DNA of 64,000 nucleotides from Eledone cirrhosa (lineage: Eukaryota), in assembly GCA_964016885.1 (NCBI GenBank), contig OZ024742.1, positions 90,210,001 through 90,274,000 of the forward strand. The letters run 5' to 3'. Position 1 is the stretch's first letter; each line of letters begins with the position of its first letter. Both the position numbers and the translations under genes were made by a program. Of this stretch, positions 12,397 through 27,166 are shown in pieces. The notes under the pieces are model-generated. The model was given only the letters and a program-made list of their open reading frames with translations, was not told the DNA's origin and searched no databases.

Positions 12397-15300
12397 CATA
12401 TATATATATATATATATATACGCGTGTCTGTGTATGCAATGTGTATGTTATATATGTATATATGTAGTTTTCCTATGTATTTATGTTCGATGTTATATAT
12501 TTGTTTTGTTTTATCGTGTATAAATATAAATCTGCCTAAGTATTGCTGAATGATGTATGGGTATGTAAGTAATAGAATGTTTGTGCCTATTCGGGATTAG
12601 ATGTACGTCCCTTTTTTATTGTGTATTTCTCTTTGTTTTTATATTCTTCTCTGTGTTTGCGCTCGTTTGCGTTTCTTTGTATTTTCTTCCTTCGATTAAT
12701 GGCTGTAAATGAATTCTCTATATTGATTTGTATAAGAAAAAATGTTTCTTCATCTTCTTCACTCATATATCCATGGTGACATCATGCAGGTAGTATCTTC
12801 AAACACTTTCCGGGGTCCAAAAAGTTGCAAACATTTTCACGTGATCCAGCTAGATTCCCATGTGAAACTACACGATCTCATGAATACTATCAAAACATCT
12901 TGCTTGAGGTCTACCTCTGGATCACCTCCCTATTGATGTGGCCCGCACAATCTAACCATATGTTCGTAGTTCGGGCGCTGTGATCTTCCGATGCGGTGAA
13001 GTTTGAGCGAATTTCCGATCTCCGAACTACGCAGCCTATCCAGTCATTAATCAAGATCCATGACCATAGGAAGGTTTAAGCACGAACACCGAATTGAAGA
13101 TAGCAAGTGTAGCCTTTCACGTACCTCGTGTACCTTCTGATGACCACGTCTAGAAGATGGCGCATTATTGCAACAGCTTGTGCAATTCTTCCATTAAATT
13201 CAGCCTCCAGTCATCTATCAATCGTGAAAATGGGTCCGAGATACTTGAACGAATCCACCTACTTCAGTGTAATTCCTTTCACATGCTTAACATACTACGC
13301 AGATTTATTCATTTCTGCCCGAGAGCAATCGACTGCAAGCCTATCCTGTGCACATTGGAGAGTAGCTTCCGACGAGATATGTAACAGTAAGTGGACTGCA
13401 AATATCAGCCGACTGATCCTACACTCACCGGTTTTGATACCACTTCCAGCCCTGCTTCACATGTCAATCATGTTCATAAAGATTATGAACATGTGAGGTG
13501 ATAATACGCACGCTTAATAGAGTCCGACTTCCACATTGAATGGATTCGACTAATCTCCATTTATCAGAACACAAATAATAGGGCATTTGCATGAAATTCA
13601 AGGCAATACGCTGTTCTCAAATGAATACTCTTTTTAGAAACTTTAACAACACATTCCGTGGAAGTCTAACCATTAACATTTCGAGGTCCATACATTTCTA
13701 GGCAACATTCCTACGATTCCTCGAAGACCTACTGCAGTATAAATATTTAGTCGGCTGGCTATGCTATGTCTGCGGTGAAAGCCTCACTGTTCGCCAGCTA
13801 ATTTGAACTCAACAATACTCCTTTATCTATTTGCCAGCCATTTAGCATAGACTTTACATGAGCAGCTTAACAAGGAGATTCCTCTTTAATTAGAGCAATC
13901 CCTTTTTTTATTTACCATTTTTGAAAATTGGAATTATCACTCCCGACAGCAATACTTTGGTACCTATTAAGATATCCAGGATACCCCGAAGAAACGAGTC
14001 ACTCAGAACACACCTTCTCTATTTAAGATGTTTAACATCTCGGACTGAATTTTATCGCCCCCAGAGGACATGCTACATTTAAGTTCTTTAATTGCTCTAC
14101 TGACTTCAACCATCGTGATGCACCACATATACATCAGAAGATGCTTAGCGGGCCAAACTTAGAAGTTCAATAAACTATTCTCTCTAACTCGTGAGGGTAC
14201 AGCTCTCTTCAGGGAGCAGAGCCCCATGCGAGTTCCTGATGGCAGATGTGGAGGGGGATGTCTAAATATGAAGTCGGTGTATTGTCTGCCAGAATATTTC
14301 ATTTAGTAATCTAAAGTCGGATTCCAACTTAACTCCCGGGTCTTCCTTAACCACTTAGCCTTGAATGCCTTTACTATCACTGTTCCGACCTTTCTTACCT
14401 GCTTGTACTCGGAGTGCAAGAAGGAAGATTTATTTCCAAGCCAAGCTTTGTCAGCCTTTTTCATTACCCGATTGGAACCTTTAAACATCTGATTGACCAA
14501 GAATTCTTCTAGCCACCTAGAACCAAACAGAGCCGTTTTCATCTGCATAATGTAATAGCTGAAATGGACACAGGCGGGATGAACAGTCAGCACTCAGTTT
14601 CAAGTTCCTCTGTTTGTTCAGGGAGTTCTCTGGATTTGGATGCAATATCACCCGCATACCTGGTTGACACCTCAACATCAGTCAGTCAGCGGTTCTTCCT
14701 TTCAAATGTAGGTTGTACTTGTCAATTTCTAGATTTCCTTGATTTAATTATCCTGAGTTTGCAGATAACTAGATGGTGATTAATTGACAGCTTAGCTCAT
14801 CAAACTTTTTAGCACTAACCTCCAGTGCAGAATCGAGGAGACCAAAGACAATAAATATGGATTACTCACTTCTGTCTAGATTTCGCTTATATATATCGTT
14901 GTGCTAGAGAAGGGTTTTCATAATAGTGTTTAACATCGAAACAATACTCAATTTTCAATATTTCAATTACTGCTTGTCAGCAAGTCTATATTTCACTGAT
15001 GTTTTTATATATGTTTTGCACACATATACACAGTGCTTTACACGTTATGTATGTGCAAAGATGTCTACCTCAGTGTATATACGTGAACACGGTAGCTGTG
15101 TATATCTTTATGCACATGGAATCTTAGGCTTATTTCTGAACTCATATCATGCCAAAGCGAGATCACAGATGTTCATGCAGATGATTAAGTTCAATTGCTA
15201 TATCTCAGATACTTCGGGTATGATTTCAATATAAAATAGCTGAATGATGAGACAGGACACTAACCAAGCGTGACTGGGGGAATTGTGGCAACTGTTGATG

Positions 15301-16100
15301 CAAAGCAAGTAAAATTAATCGCTACGATAAAAAGGGTACGATCAATTAACATCGAAGTGGGTGAAGAAACATCTGCATGGCAAATATGTTGCCCGTAGCA
15401 AAAAGCTGATGTTGATTGTGTTGACTAGAGGTACCCATATCAAAGACTGCACCCACCTAATGGCTAGAGGCACAGAGTGAGGGCTTCATCTTAGCTGCCC
15501 AAAATTAAGTTAAGTGTCGATTCTGAAATGATGCGATTTGTGGTCCACTTAATCTCTGCATGTAAAGTTTTAGCATCAGTAGCATTTAAATCAAGGCATG
15601 ACAAAGATTGCCAATATTTACACTGGTTAATATGTCGGAGTTATCAAATCAAACCTGACAAGTAGAAAAAGCATTGACTTGATGGTATAACTGAGGGAGA
15701 AAATGTAACGATTTTTTGCGACTTTCCTGTACATACAGATAGGACAGTCAAGGCTAACAAACCGGATATTATTGTAAATAAACAACATAACGCAGTGTGT
15801 TTATTGATTGATATGAGCTTCCCATGTCTCATTGTATACATTGGTAACCCAGTTAACACAACATATTGCTTAAATTTACAGCTTAAAATATATACACAAA
15901 TATTCAGATCTAGCTGTCGAAAGAGCCGCAGCTCAGCCGTCGGGTCCTGACTCTTTTCTTATTACCCACTCTACTACCCTAAGTATTGAGTACTCTGGTG
16001 CGTTATGGTCCACCTGCTATCTTACCACACCTTATTTGTTCTTTATACGCACACATACACACTAACACACATATATATATATATATATACATACACACAC

Positions 16101-16143
<43 letters not shown>

Positions 16144-16202
16144 CGTATATATATATATATGTGTACACACACGTGTATATTTATATATATATATGTGTGT
16201 GT

Positions 16203-16319
<117 letters not shown>

Positions 16320-16659
16320 CATATATATATAGTAATAAATGTAAAATATATCACTATAGCATCATATTTATTTCATTGGATTGGCAGTATCGGTAGAGGG
16401 TCGGACGCCATGCTTTGAAGCATAGAGTTACGGCACTTTCCATTCTGAGTTCAAAGCCCGCCGAGGTCAACTTTGCCTTTCATCCTTACGTGGTCGATAA
16501 CATAAAGTACCGGTAATGTAATGGGTACTTGCTGGCCTTGTGCCAAAGATAGAAACAATTATATATATTTCAAGGATACTAGTTTATAGTATGCTTTCAT
16601 CAGATAAAATATAATATATGATGTATCAGATAGTGACATGCCCCCAAAATAGACCTCAT

Positions 16660-18158
16660 ACGGTCAAATTAAAATGCGCAGGTGATTTAAAATTTCAAAA
16701 TTTCTTAGTATGTAAATTAATTGAGAGAGAGATTGCTTTGTAGAGCATTCATTATGAACATAACTCTGCTGAAAACCTTGTCAACAAAGCATATAACTCG
16801 TTGTTTATATATATATATATAAGTAATAACACAACAGTTAGTTCACCATACCGAGAAAAATGTTTCACCTTAGCGGATCTTCAGCTCGGACTATTCATGG
16901 TTAAACGGAACAGGAAGAACAGACGTATGAACGCGCATGCGCAGAAACGGTCATTACACCCAAGTGATACAAATCCACGGACGAAAGTCCGGAAAAGATG
17001 TTCGAGTTGATAAGAAAATTAGAATGTTTTTGTTATTCAATCCGGAGCTTTGTAGTTATGCAAGATGTGTTTCCAGACATGTGGACAACGTGAGAATATT
17101 CCATTTTTGATATTAGGCAATCGCTATTGAGTAATCTCCGTCTACCCCTTGCACCTTTTAGTAGTTAAGGGTAGAAGGCTCGCAAATGGGTTGCTTCTTC
17201 GTACACGAAACAATGCGGCCTTTTACGGGAGTTTTTGATGCACCTCAGCGTCGCTTCAATGTCTGTTTGGGCAATTATAGCCATTTTCTTTGTCTGCGCT
17301 GAAATGCACCGTTCTTCGCTCCACCGCTTCTATGGCTTCCGCTGAGACAGTTCAGTTGGTCCAGGTTTTCTCTTGTTTGATGAGCTTTCAAGCCTGGGAC
17401 AACTTTTTAGTTTTATCAGTGAGGTCCATGACACTTTTTGGCTGCCGTCACAGCGAAAGTGTGTTTGTTGTTGGCAGTGTTGTGGTTGTTGGTAATGTTG
17501 TTGTTGGTATTGTCGTTGTTGTTGGTGTTGCCATTGTTGTTGGTGCTGTCGTTGTTCCTGTTGGTGTTGTTGGTGTGGCAGTTGGTGATATCTTTGGTGC
17601 TGCTGTTGTTTGTTCACGGTGCAGTTGGTGTTAGTGCTGTTGCTGTTCATGTTCTTGTTGGTGGTGTTGATAAATTCGTTTTTGTTTTTGTTGTCATTGT
17701 TTGTGTTGACTGTGTTTTAGTTGTCGCTGTTACAGCTGTTGTCATTTTTTTTAAAAGTTAGTGTTCTCACTGTTGCTGATGCTGCGGGCATTGTTTATGT
17801 TGTTTGTGGTGGGTTTGTTAAATTTGTTGTTGCATGTTATGTTTGTCATAAATATATTTTTTTTTACTATGTTAGCAATGGTGTTCGTTATGTTTGCCGT
17901 ATCCCTCCTCTCAGCGTTGAAGCCGCTGTGACACGAGAGCAGAATTAAAGTTGAGGGGGAGAGTGGCTCAGCCATTTTATTTTTTTTTTCGAGTAAAAGT
18001 TTTTTTCAACGAAAGTTCAAATATTTGGTCTTCACAGGGCAAAGACTGAAGTCTTACGACCCTTTTCACAAAATGCAACAATCATTACAAATAAAAACAA
18101 AACTTAAATTTTACCACTTTTGCAGAGCCCACAATACACGTCTACATGTCTGACAGCC
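16660..18158 (-). mobile_element. Probable 5' UTR and degenerate ORF1 of an L1/Tx1-like LINE with N/T/Q-rich (CAA)n segment; its distal part is duplicated at 1780-2233 and 9220-9673
   Basis: Minus strand starts ggctgtcagacatgtagacgtgtattgtgggctctg, then MAEPLSPST.. at 17975 and broken low-complexity frames; no diagnostic zinc knuckle seen, so family is inferred. Confidence 0.4.
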
Positions 18159-18171
18159 AATAATAATAATT

Positions 18172-19480
18172 ATTGTTCTTTGAGTCTAAGTCATTGATGT
18201 TATTTAACTGGAAAGTTTATTGAAATGAATATCAAGCCGCTACCTTCAGCCTCATATATTCAGGACGTATCGGAGGGTTCTTGCTGTTCCCAGCAAGCAT
18301 GCATTTTGAAGTGTTCCAAAGAGCGTGGCTGGACTAATCTTCTTTAATCATCCTTGAAAACTCTTTGAGATAGTACTTAGTGCGCCTATGACAATCGGGA
18401 CGACCTTGACTTCATGGCAGTTCCAAATCCTTTTTAACTCCACTTTAAATCCTGGTATCGGTTAATTTTCTCCCTCTCCTTTTCTTGCACTCTCGTGTTA
18501 AATGGGCAGGCTACATCTACAATCAGGCACGATCTTTTTTCCTTGTCCAAAACCACCTGGTCAGGCCTATTGTGTTCTAATTTCTTGTCCGTCTGTATCC
18601 TAAAGTCCCATAGTACCTTCACCTGGTCGTTTTCTATCACTGACTCTGGCTTATGCTCATACCACTTCTCAGAATGTGGTCAATTGTTTACTTTGCATAG
18701 ATGCCAGGGGATCACCCTGCCTATCACATCATGTCTCCAGCCTTTATAGTGAGCCTGGACTAGGTGTTTACACTCGGGTACAATGTGAGCCACAGTCTTC
18801 TCTCTCTCTCTCCACAGATCCTACACAGTAATCTAGCCTCCTCCTTGTAAATATGGTGTTTCACCCACTTTGTTCTGAGGGTTTGCTCTTGCGCAGCCAT
18901 TCGCATTCCTTCTGTTGCTTTTTTAAGGTCTCCTCTTTTCAACCAGTTCCATGTCTGTGGATCTCTAAATTCATTTTTTTTTAAAGAAGGTACTATGAAG
19001 GTATTTTTCATGAAGGTTGCTCTTCCTCCTTGTTGTTATTTCCTCATTGGACATTCCCTGGTCTATTGTCTTCTCCTTCAGTACAATTTTGGGCGTTGGC
19101 TCCCTACTGTCAGTCACGTATTTGTACAGGATGTTTTTCTCCATCTGAACACAGTCCTCTATTCTGATAAGACCTCTTCCACCTTCATATCTATTTAAGT
19201 AGAGTCTATCGACATCACACCTCTTGTGGAACATGCTGTAGATAGTCAATAGCTTCCTAGTCTTCCTATCCATTTCTTTTTGTTCAGCAACATTCCATTT
19301 CAGAATTCCCGCACTTTACCTTATAATAGACACAGCTCGGGAATTCACTGCACTTATGACATTCCTACTATTTAGATGTGATTTTAACACGCTCCTTACT
19401 CTCCTTATGTACTCAGATCTTATCAGTTCCTTCATTTTTTTGTTCTTGGTGTCATCTGCCTCCAGAACACCTAAATATTT
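18172..19480 (-). mobile_element. 5'-truncated R4/Dong-type non-LTR retrotransposon (RT thumb, CCHC, RLE), degenerate
   Basis: YLGVLEA, DRKTRKLLT..DVDRLYL.R.EGGRGL, WLKRGDLKKATEG..AAQEQ, CRICG, RHD, LWDFRIQTD..HNRPD..IVDVACP; flanked by (TAA)n-type repeats at 18160 and 19480. Confidence 0.92.
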
Positions 19481-19554
19481 ATTATTATTACTAATTTATT
19501 TTTATTTTATTTTTAGATGGAGATGATGATGTTTTCTTTATTAACCAATAATAC

Positions 19555-19948
19555 TTGTTTCTACTTTAGGCACAAGGCCAGCTATTACCCAGTGCATTAC
19601 TGGTACTTTATTTTATCGACCCCGTAAGGATGAAAGGCAAAGTCAACCTCGGAGGGATTTGAACTCAGATCGTAAAGGGCATAACTATGCTGAAAAGCAT
19701 GGCGTCCGAGCCTCTACCGATACTGCCAATCCACCGCCCTTAAACCAATAATAATAATAATTGTTCCTACGTTTTGGCACAAGGCCAGCAATTACCCAGT
19801 GCATTACTGGTACTTTATTTTATCGACTCCGTAAAGATGAAACAAAGTTAACCTCGGCGGGATTTGAACACCGAATGGCAAGGGCCGTAACTCTATACGT
19901 CAAAGCATGGCGTCCGACCCTCTACTGATACTGCCAATCCACCGCCCT
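19555..19948 (-). mobile_element. Two tandem full-length tRNA-derived SINEs (19555-19740 and 19761-19948)
   Basis: Reverse complements of the SINE at 1494; aaccaataata flanks the first copy on both sides (19543, 19743), a likely target-site duplication. Confidence 0.92.
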
Positions 19949-19949
19949 T

Positions 19950-20122
19950 AATAATAATAATAATGATAGCGATAACGATGATGGCGATAACGATGATGGT
20001 GACTCCGACAACGGCGATCCTGTTGAGAACGACGATAACGAGGAGGAAGATGATGGTGATAGCGATGATGCTGATGATGATGGTGTTAATGAAAAGGCAA
20101 ATGAATATGATGATGATTATTA
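19950..20122. repeat. (TAA)n/(GAT)n low-complexity tract
   Basis: Degenerate trinucleotide repeat visible directly. Confidence 0.8.
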
Positions 20123-20392
20123 TGAAATCTTACGATCAAATAAATATCTGGAACAAGATTAATTATCCCACGATTCAGGTTTATTGTACATTTACGTAAT
20201 TTCAATAATCCATTTAATTATTTAATTTATGATAAAGTATCTATTGAAATTATGCAAAGGCGTGAGAAACTCTTAAGCATCAAAGTTAATTTTAACACAT
20301 GCGTGGGAATTAATGTGATTTGTTTCGGTGCTAGAACACCATAAATATGTCTCTCAGTTCAATATTAAATTGAATTTGGAGTCAAAAACAAA

Positions 20393-20540
20393 ATGTATAA
20401 CATCATGTCGCAGATCCTTGTTATCACTGTTTGTATTCTATTGACTGTCGTTGGAACAACTGCATCGCATTATCCATGGCAAACAACATGGTATCCAACT
20501 CCTATACCACATTATTGGCCTCCTTACAGTCCTCAAACAA
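20393..20540 (+). CDS. Candidate first coding exon of a secreted protein (signal peptide + P/Y/W/H-rich segment); may be a pseudogene
   Basis: aaaATG then MYNIMSQILVITVCILLTVVGTTA-SHYPWQTTWYPTPIPHYWPPYSPQT followed by a phase-1 donor a|gtaatt. Confidence 0.5.
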
Positions 20541-20874
20541 GTAATTATTCTATATATTCTTTAAATATTTAAAAGTTAGTAATAATGTTACTCTAATTTT
20601 AAACTCTGAAACATTTTTTAAAAATCTATCTGTATACCGAGCTTGATATCATTTTAACGATTTTGAAGTGATATTTATATTTATAGATATTTATTGGTTT
20701 TATATCGTGTAACGCGAATTCAATTTAAATTCCTAATTATCAATATTTCACCTGGTACGTCTCATTAGAAAATAAGGTATGACGATAATTCTTTCATATT
20801 TCCTGTACACCGAAGTATTGGTCGTTCGGTGTCGGTAAGTTCAAACAAATTAATATATTTATGCCATATATTAG

Positions 20875-21170
20875 ATTACACCGTGTAATAATTGATTTTG
20901 TTCTTGTCTCTGATGTCTTCTATTCGATACTGACTTTCTAAAGATTTAATTTGGGGGTTTGGCTACTAAGTTGATTGAAGTTGTGGAACACTTTTGTCGG
21001 AACATGATGGCATGAATTTATCTCTTTTTACAAATATCTACATTGAGACAGAGTGTTTTCGGTTATATTGGTAACAGTGTGTGATATTTTGGGAGAACCT
21101 TTACTCATAAAAATCACTATACCGAACTTGCATCAATTGTGATTGTCAGTTTTATGGGTGCGAATGATAA
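20875..21170 (+). pseudogene. Possible decayed VWA-like exon; a second piece may lie at 22585-22680
   Basis: After ttag: PC..IDFVLVSDVFYSI (resembles D.VFV.DxSxSI); 22585-22680 gives SAVHTLP..NGGTT.RRVLNPAY (resembles A..L.Y.GGT.T..AL..A). Requires frameshifts and crosses stops. Confidence 0.25.
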
Positions 21171-21489
21171 GTTAAAATCAAATTATAATTACATAGTTTC
21201 CAGTACTGAAAAAAAAGAAAATAATGCTACTATAGTTAGGAGTGTGGTGGCGTTTAGAAAACCATAAAATGACAGTAAATGTACATTGTTGTATACAGTT
21301 ACATCCCATTAACTTTCCGAGTTCAAATCGCATCGGTGTAAATATTGCTCTTCATCTTACCTAGGTCGATAAAATAAGAACTATTCAAATACTGGGGACT
21401 ATAGATTGCCCTATAATTTAATGCTATGAACCTATCTTATATACTACAGTCAATAATATCTTTACATTTTGAGTTTAAGTACCAAACTT

Positions 21490-22110
21490 AGGGGAGTTTG
21501 TGTACACAGATAAACAGATATACAGTGATTATACCATTGGTTTTGGGACATAATTGATTTTTCTCCTAATCTATATGATGAGTTGCAGGTTGTCACCTAG
21601 ACTCGTAAGCTATATTTCTTTGTAGGCATTCATTTTTCAGTGGGCACTTATTAGAGTCTCTGCAGTTGCATGTTCTGTTCAGTACCGTTGTATCTGCAGT
21701 GAGTTGTTATTTTTCTGTGGTAGAATGTGTTACCTCCTGGTTCTTGCTCATGTTAAGGGATGGATATTTGCCGTTGCCTCGTACCACCCGCTTTTGTTCT
21801 GTCCATGGGACTTGCTCTGTCAAAGGTAATCCGGTCCACTCTTTGGTTTTTCGGCTGATTACTGTTGTATCTTAACATATTGTGATTGTTATTGATATTA
21901 TTTTTAATATTTCAGTTGTAGGGAATTTTAACGGAATAGGAATTTTAGAATGTATTATTTCCATTCATTGTTATGTTCACCACTCGCTTTTGCACGGGAT
22001 ACGATATGCTGGGACCGTAATTTACAAAGCCAGGATCGTTGTTCATGTTGTGGTTGTTGCTGTTAGCTTTACATCTATTTTTATTGTTATTTTTATTGTT
22101 TATTTTGATG
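21490..22110 (-). mobile_element. Naiad-type Penelope-like fragment (N-rich linker and start of GIY-YIG)
   Basis: Minus strand RTCNCRDSNKCPLKNECLQRNIAY, same motif as in the other Naiad-type copies. Confidence 0.7.
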
Positions 22111-22899
22111 ACTGACCAAATAATATAAACAATGACCAGTTCACTCGTCTGAAGCCAACCATAATGACAAAACATACTTTCTGTGAAATATGAACTGATT
22201 AACCGAGGACTGCCCTAAGTATCAAATGAAACAATAAACTGGAGAATATTTTGGGGGTGACAAAAATGTGAATGTGCAAACACGAACCATGTCAAACAAA
22301 AAAAAACCAAAGAAAGTCCACGCCCGACGTAATACACAAAAGGAAATACATCTGTGGATAACTCCATATTCATGCTGAGCAGTGAAGAAACAAAACCTAA
22401 GCCCGCCAACTACTGTATCGGATTGATAATGACACCACTAATGATTATATAAGTAAAGTACTAACTGACGAGAGCGTGTCTGATTATTATATAACTGATG
22501 CCATCTAAATACGTATCAAAGGATTAAGTATTAAATAGAATTTGATGAAATTATAACATACTCTCATCTAATTCATTATTATAGTAATACTCTGCTGTGC
22601 ACACACTTCCGTTATACATAACGGTGGAACTACACCACGTCGAGTGCTCAATCCTGCTTACGATATTGATTATAGATATGTACCTAAAAACTAACAAATC
22701 ATTTATTCACACTTATTTAACATAACATAATCATATACATAGAGAAAAGAGACGGAGTGAGTTGAGGGGGGGGGGGGGGAGATACAGAAAGTAAGCGGAA
22801 AACGATACAGCGCATGGTGGTGGAGAGCTTAAATAATTCCGGATGGTGATTCTAGGATGAAAGATAACTGCTTGGTCCTGGTGCGAGTCACTAGAGATG

Positions 22900-24900
22900 C
22901 TTGATGTAATATAATGGTTGAGACAGAGAGATGCTGTGCTGAATGATTGTGGGAAACGGAAGTGACGATGTGTTTTTGCTAATCCTAGGTCAGGTGTTCT
23001 GCGAATCGATGTGTGTCTGCCTTGAGAACTTGTTGGTAGAGGTCAATAAGATACATTTGATAGAATATCAGTTTTTTGTACAAGTAGCCGACAATAATGT
23101 CTCTTCCTGGTGTTTTCTTATGTTGGAGTTTTCCTATCACAGTATCAAGGGCATCCTCATTTATTTCGTATGTTTGTGTTGTAGTGTAGGAGCAATAGTT
23201 CGTTTTGATTTATTTTATCCACACTGCATCTTTGTTGAAATTCTTCTTTTCACCCCATATTTTTCTCCAGAAGGAATCTATGTCTTTCTAGGATGGGGAA
23301 TCAGTGACCTTTATTACTTTGCCCTTCATATCTCTCTAGACTGATGTTTGGTTTCGTCTGAATCTTTAATGAAGTACTTTTCTTTCATCTACCCTCTTCA
23401 GCTATCGGTGTTTCTCACTGACAACTCTCAATTCTTGTTTGAGGGTGATCAGCTTATATTGAAGATTTCTGGTTGTACTGTCACCAAACATCGTTTCTAT
23501 TTTATTTTTCACTCTTTGTTGTTGAGGAGTGAAGTTTTATTTTTGTTTTTGTTTGCATGTAAGGAGCATTGTCACATATCCTATAGTTTTTCGTATGTCA
23601 ACAATCTTTTTTTCTATTTTAGTTATACACCTTCGGGTGGTTTTCTGCTAGCATGTGTAGTGTCCATATTGATATTATACGCAAATATATATGCATGTAG
23701 ATATGATATGTCAAATAAAATCGTAATTGACAATATGCACAGAAATTGAAGAGGGACTGTGTTGCACTCTCTTCTGTAATCTTTAAAGTAATCCATGATA
23801 CATTTAAAAAAGACGATATTATATATAAACTGCACTGCGGCAAATTTTATGAAAACGAAAAAGAAGAAAATTAGCGACAGAAATATAAACCTTATATAAC
23901 GATGAAATTATATGAACGTTTACATAAGCAATGTAATAAGTGTTATGATATAATGAATGCTAACCGGAAGTGTTGACATTTCAAAATTTTAAAAGAAGTG
24001 AATCTTAAAATAAGCAATTATTATATATAAGAACAATTATATTTAATCAACAGCTAAGAAATTTAGTACATAAATTATGTAATATTCAATCATTATTCAT
24101 TCAAAGTAATCCAACTTATTTTACTGACGGGATAAACAAATATATGTAGGACGCAGTCCCTCACTCCTCCTTTTATTATATTATGATATGATGGTGTTTT
24201 TGTGGTGTTTTGTTCTTAATATCTCTCCTATCACCGATATAAGGCTTCATTGTCGTTGCTATATATAAACAGGCGTTGATTTTCCAAAATATGGGGGTTT
24301 TAATCGGTCGTTAATATTCATCCCAATTTCGTCAATAGCACGTAAGATTTCATTATTTGGTTTTATTTTTTTTAGTATTGTTGTTTTATTACATTCAGCA
24401 AGAGAAATGTTTATACATGAATTAATTTCTTTCTTGGAGATTTCGTTGCGAGAAAATTTTAATTATTTATACTTTTGATTATTATTATCGATAGTGTTTC
24501 CACAACAGTCAAGGCAGACTCAGATGGTACACGTGGTCAAATTTCTTACGGGCATAGTTGCTTCAAGGCACTGTTTGACCTGGCTGCTAGAAGGTCTAGT
24601 AGCATAACGACCTGTAGAACGTGTTGTTGATTCCATGTTTGTTCTGGGGGACTTACAATTAATAAAATTTATCTTATTTTTATTTTTAAAAAAATTCCTT
24701 TGTTGGCGTAATTGTTTGGCTGTGAAGTGAGTTAGCTCTAGGTGTAGTTTCTCCCAGTTAGGCTTCATTCTATACATATAGCCAATGGAGGGATTATTTT
24801 CACCATTTTATAACAATTAAATAAATCATCATTAAGTTGGCAACTCCAAGAGAACTGCGATTTATAATTTCGGTTTCTTCTGTAGCTACAACCGAATAAG
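22900..24900 (-). mobile_element. Degenerate N-terminal region of an R4-type LINE, interrupted by a Helitron-type insert
   Basis: GYMYRMKPNWEKLH..FTAKQLRQQ (24780-24700); DSFWRKIWGEKKNFNKDAVWI and KKTPGRDII (23290-23090). Confidence 0.65.
23631..24187 (-). mobile_element. Diverged non-autonomous Helitron-type element, same family as 53408-53928 and 55071-55616
   Basis: Shares ggtggttttctgctagcat, gtaatccatgatacatt, ccggaagtg, aatccaacttatttta..gggataa blocks. Confidence 0.75.
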
Positions 24901-25448
24901 TTTATTTACATTTCTCATTGATTTTCTCACTGGTTTTATTCGGTAAATTATTTTTGTTCCTTGTGTTCGGTAAATTGTTACTGTTGATGCTGTGTCCACC
25001 CATACTGTTTATACCAAACCCTTATAAAATGAAGTATATATTTAGTCAGATATCTCTACGAATTCGAATAAAAGGTGTCATCAGTGGATATAGTCAGAAG
25101 AATACCCAGTTATTCAACACGACTGTTAGTTGAGGCATTCCTGTCGGAGATATTATTCATCATAAATTCAATAAATAGTATCCCCGCCAAAATGTGCGAA
25201 TGATCGCGTTGACTTACTGTGTATGTATGTTCTTCTGGTTTTATAATTTCACAAATGTTTACCAATAGAGAGAGAGTCTGTTTCTAACATAGACACAAGA
25301 CTCTCATTGGAATTTAGACAACATCAACGAGGTAGATTATGTATGCATGTCTAGATATGGATGTTATTGTATGTGTGGATGTGGATGTTTTGAGTTGTAT
25401 GTGTGCATGTGTATATGCTTTGTATCTGTACATGTGTATATGCAGTTA

Positions 25449-25722
25449 TTAGATGCAAAATATTTGGAATGTTTTACATATTTTTACTGTTCCATTAATG
25501 GATTGCACTTGTAATTTCCTAACTAGTTGTGTTCTGTGTGTTCCTGTGAAGCCTAGCTCCTCAAGATTTGTATTGAGGCAGTTACTAACATAACCCAGTG
25601 CCCCAATAATCACAGGCATAAATCTGAAGGTGTAATCAGGGTGGAGAATCTGCAGATTTCTCATCAGTTCTGCATAAATATTCTTCTTTTCGCTAATCTT
25701 TGTTATTATATTGGCATCTGCT
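25449..25722 (-). mobile_element. 3' end of an RLE-type non-LTR retrotransposon ORF
   Basis: ADANIITKISEKKNIYAEL..PVIIGALGYV...LQVQSINGTVKICKTF, typical C-terminus of R4/NeSL-like endonucleases. Confidence 0.75.
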
Positions 25723-25877
25723 GTGCATACACACCCACGCACGCATAAAAAATATATATATATATACATAAATAGAATAGACACACAAAATCATATAAAG
25801 ATACACAATGTGTCATACATGAAAGGATGCAGCTTGTTATAAACATGTACATACATAGAAAATACATACATACACAC

Positions 25878-25930
<53 letters not shown>

Positions 25931-25964
25931 TATATATATAAAAGAATAGAGGTGTAACACACGA

Positions 25965-26346
25965 GTTGTGATATATTAGTAAAAGGAAACGAAAATGCTG
26001 ACAAATTTTTCCCAGTTAAAAATAGTTTAATTAGGAATAAGTATTGGTTATCAGTTTTAGGTTTAAGTTTTTACCGGTTACGAATTTCTAATACTTTTCA
26101 AAAATGATTTTGAGGTAGAGCGTCCGTGATGTTTACTCTAATCTGTTATAATTTTTAATCTAATCTGATTAGAGCAAACATCACGGACGCTCTATCTCAA
26201 AATTATTTTTGAACCGGTAAAAATTAAAACTAAAACTGAATACTAACCAATACTTATTACTAATTTTTACTCATTCCTAATTAAACTATTTTTCACTGGG
26301 AAAAATTTGTCAGCAGTTTCTTTTCCTTTTACTAATATATCACAAC
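25965..26346. repeat. Fold-back (inverted repeat) element, same family as 33281-33677
   Basis: gttgtgatatattagtaaaagg...cgtccgtgatgttt mirrored by aaacatcacggacg...ccttttactaatatatcacaac with a short spacer. Confidence 0.9.
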
Positions 26347-26365
26347 GCTCAGCTTTATAATAATA

Positions 26366-27083
<718 letters not shown>

Positions 27084-27166
27084 ATAATAATAAATTTGAA
27101 GACTAAAATCCAAAGAGGGCTCGATAAGGATAAATATATATCAAATATATAAGAACCGTAGAGCAA

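Noticed and set aside
17330-17761. Poly-Q or hydrophobic membrane-like ORFs
   Set aside because: Derived from a degenerate (CAA/GTT)n tract.
20338-20362. TATA-like cataaata plus initiator tcagtt upstream of the candidate exon
   Set aside because: Spacing is about 14 bp, too short for a canonical pair, and such motifs are common in AT-rich DNA.
22460-22560. CTGACGA followed later by GAAA
   Set aside because: No supporting stems found.
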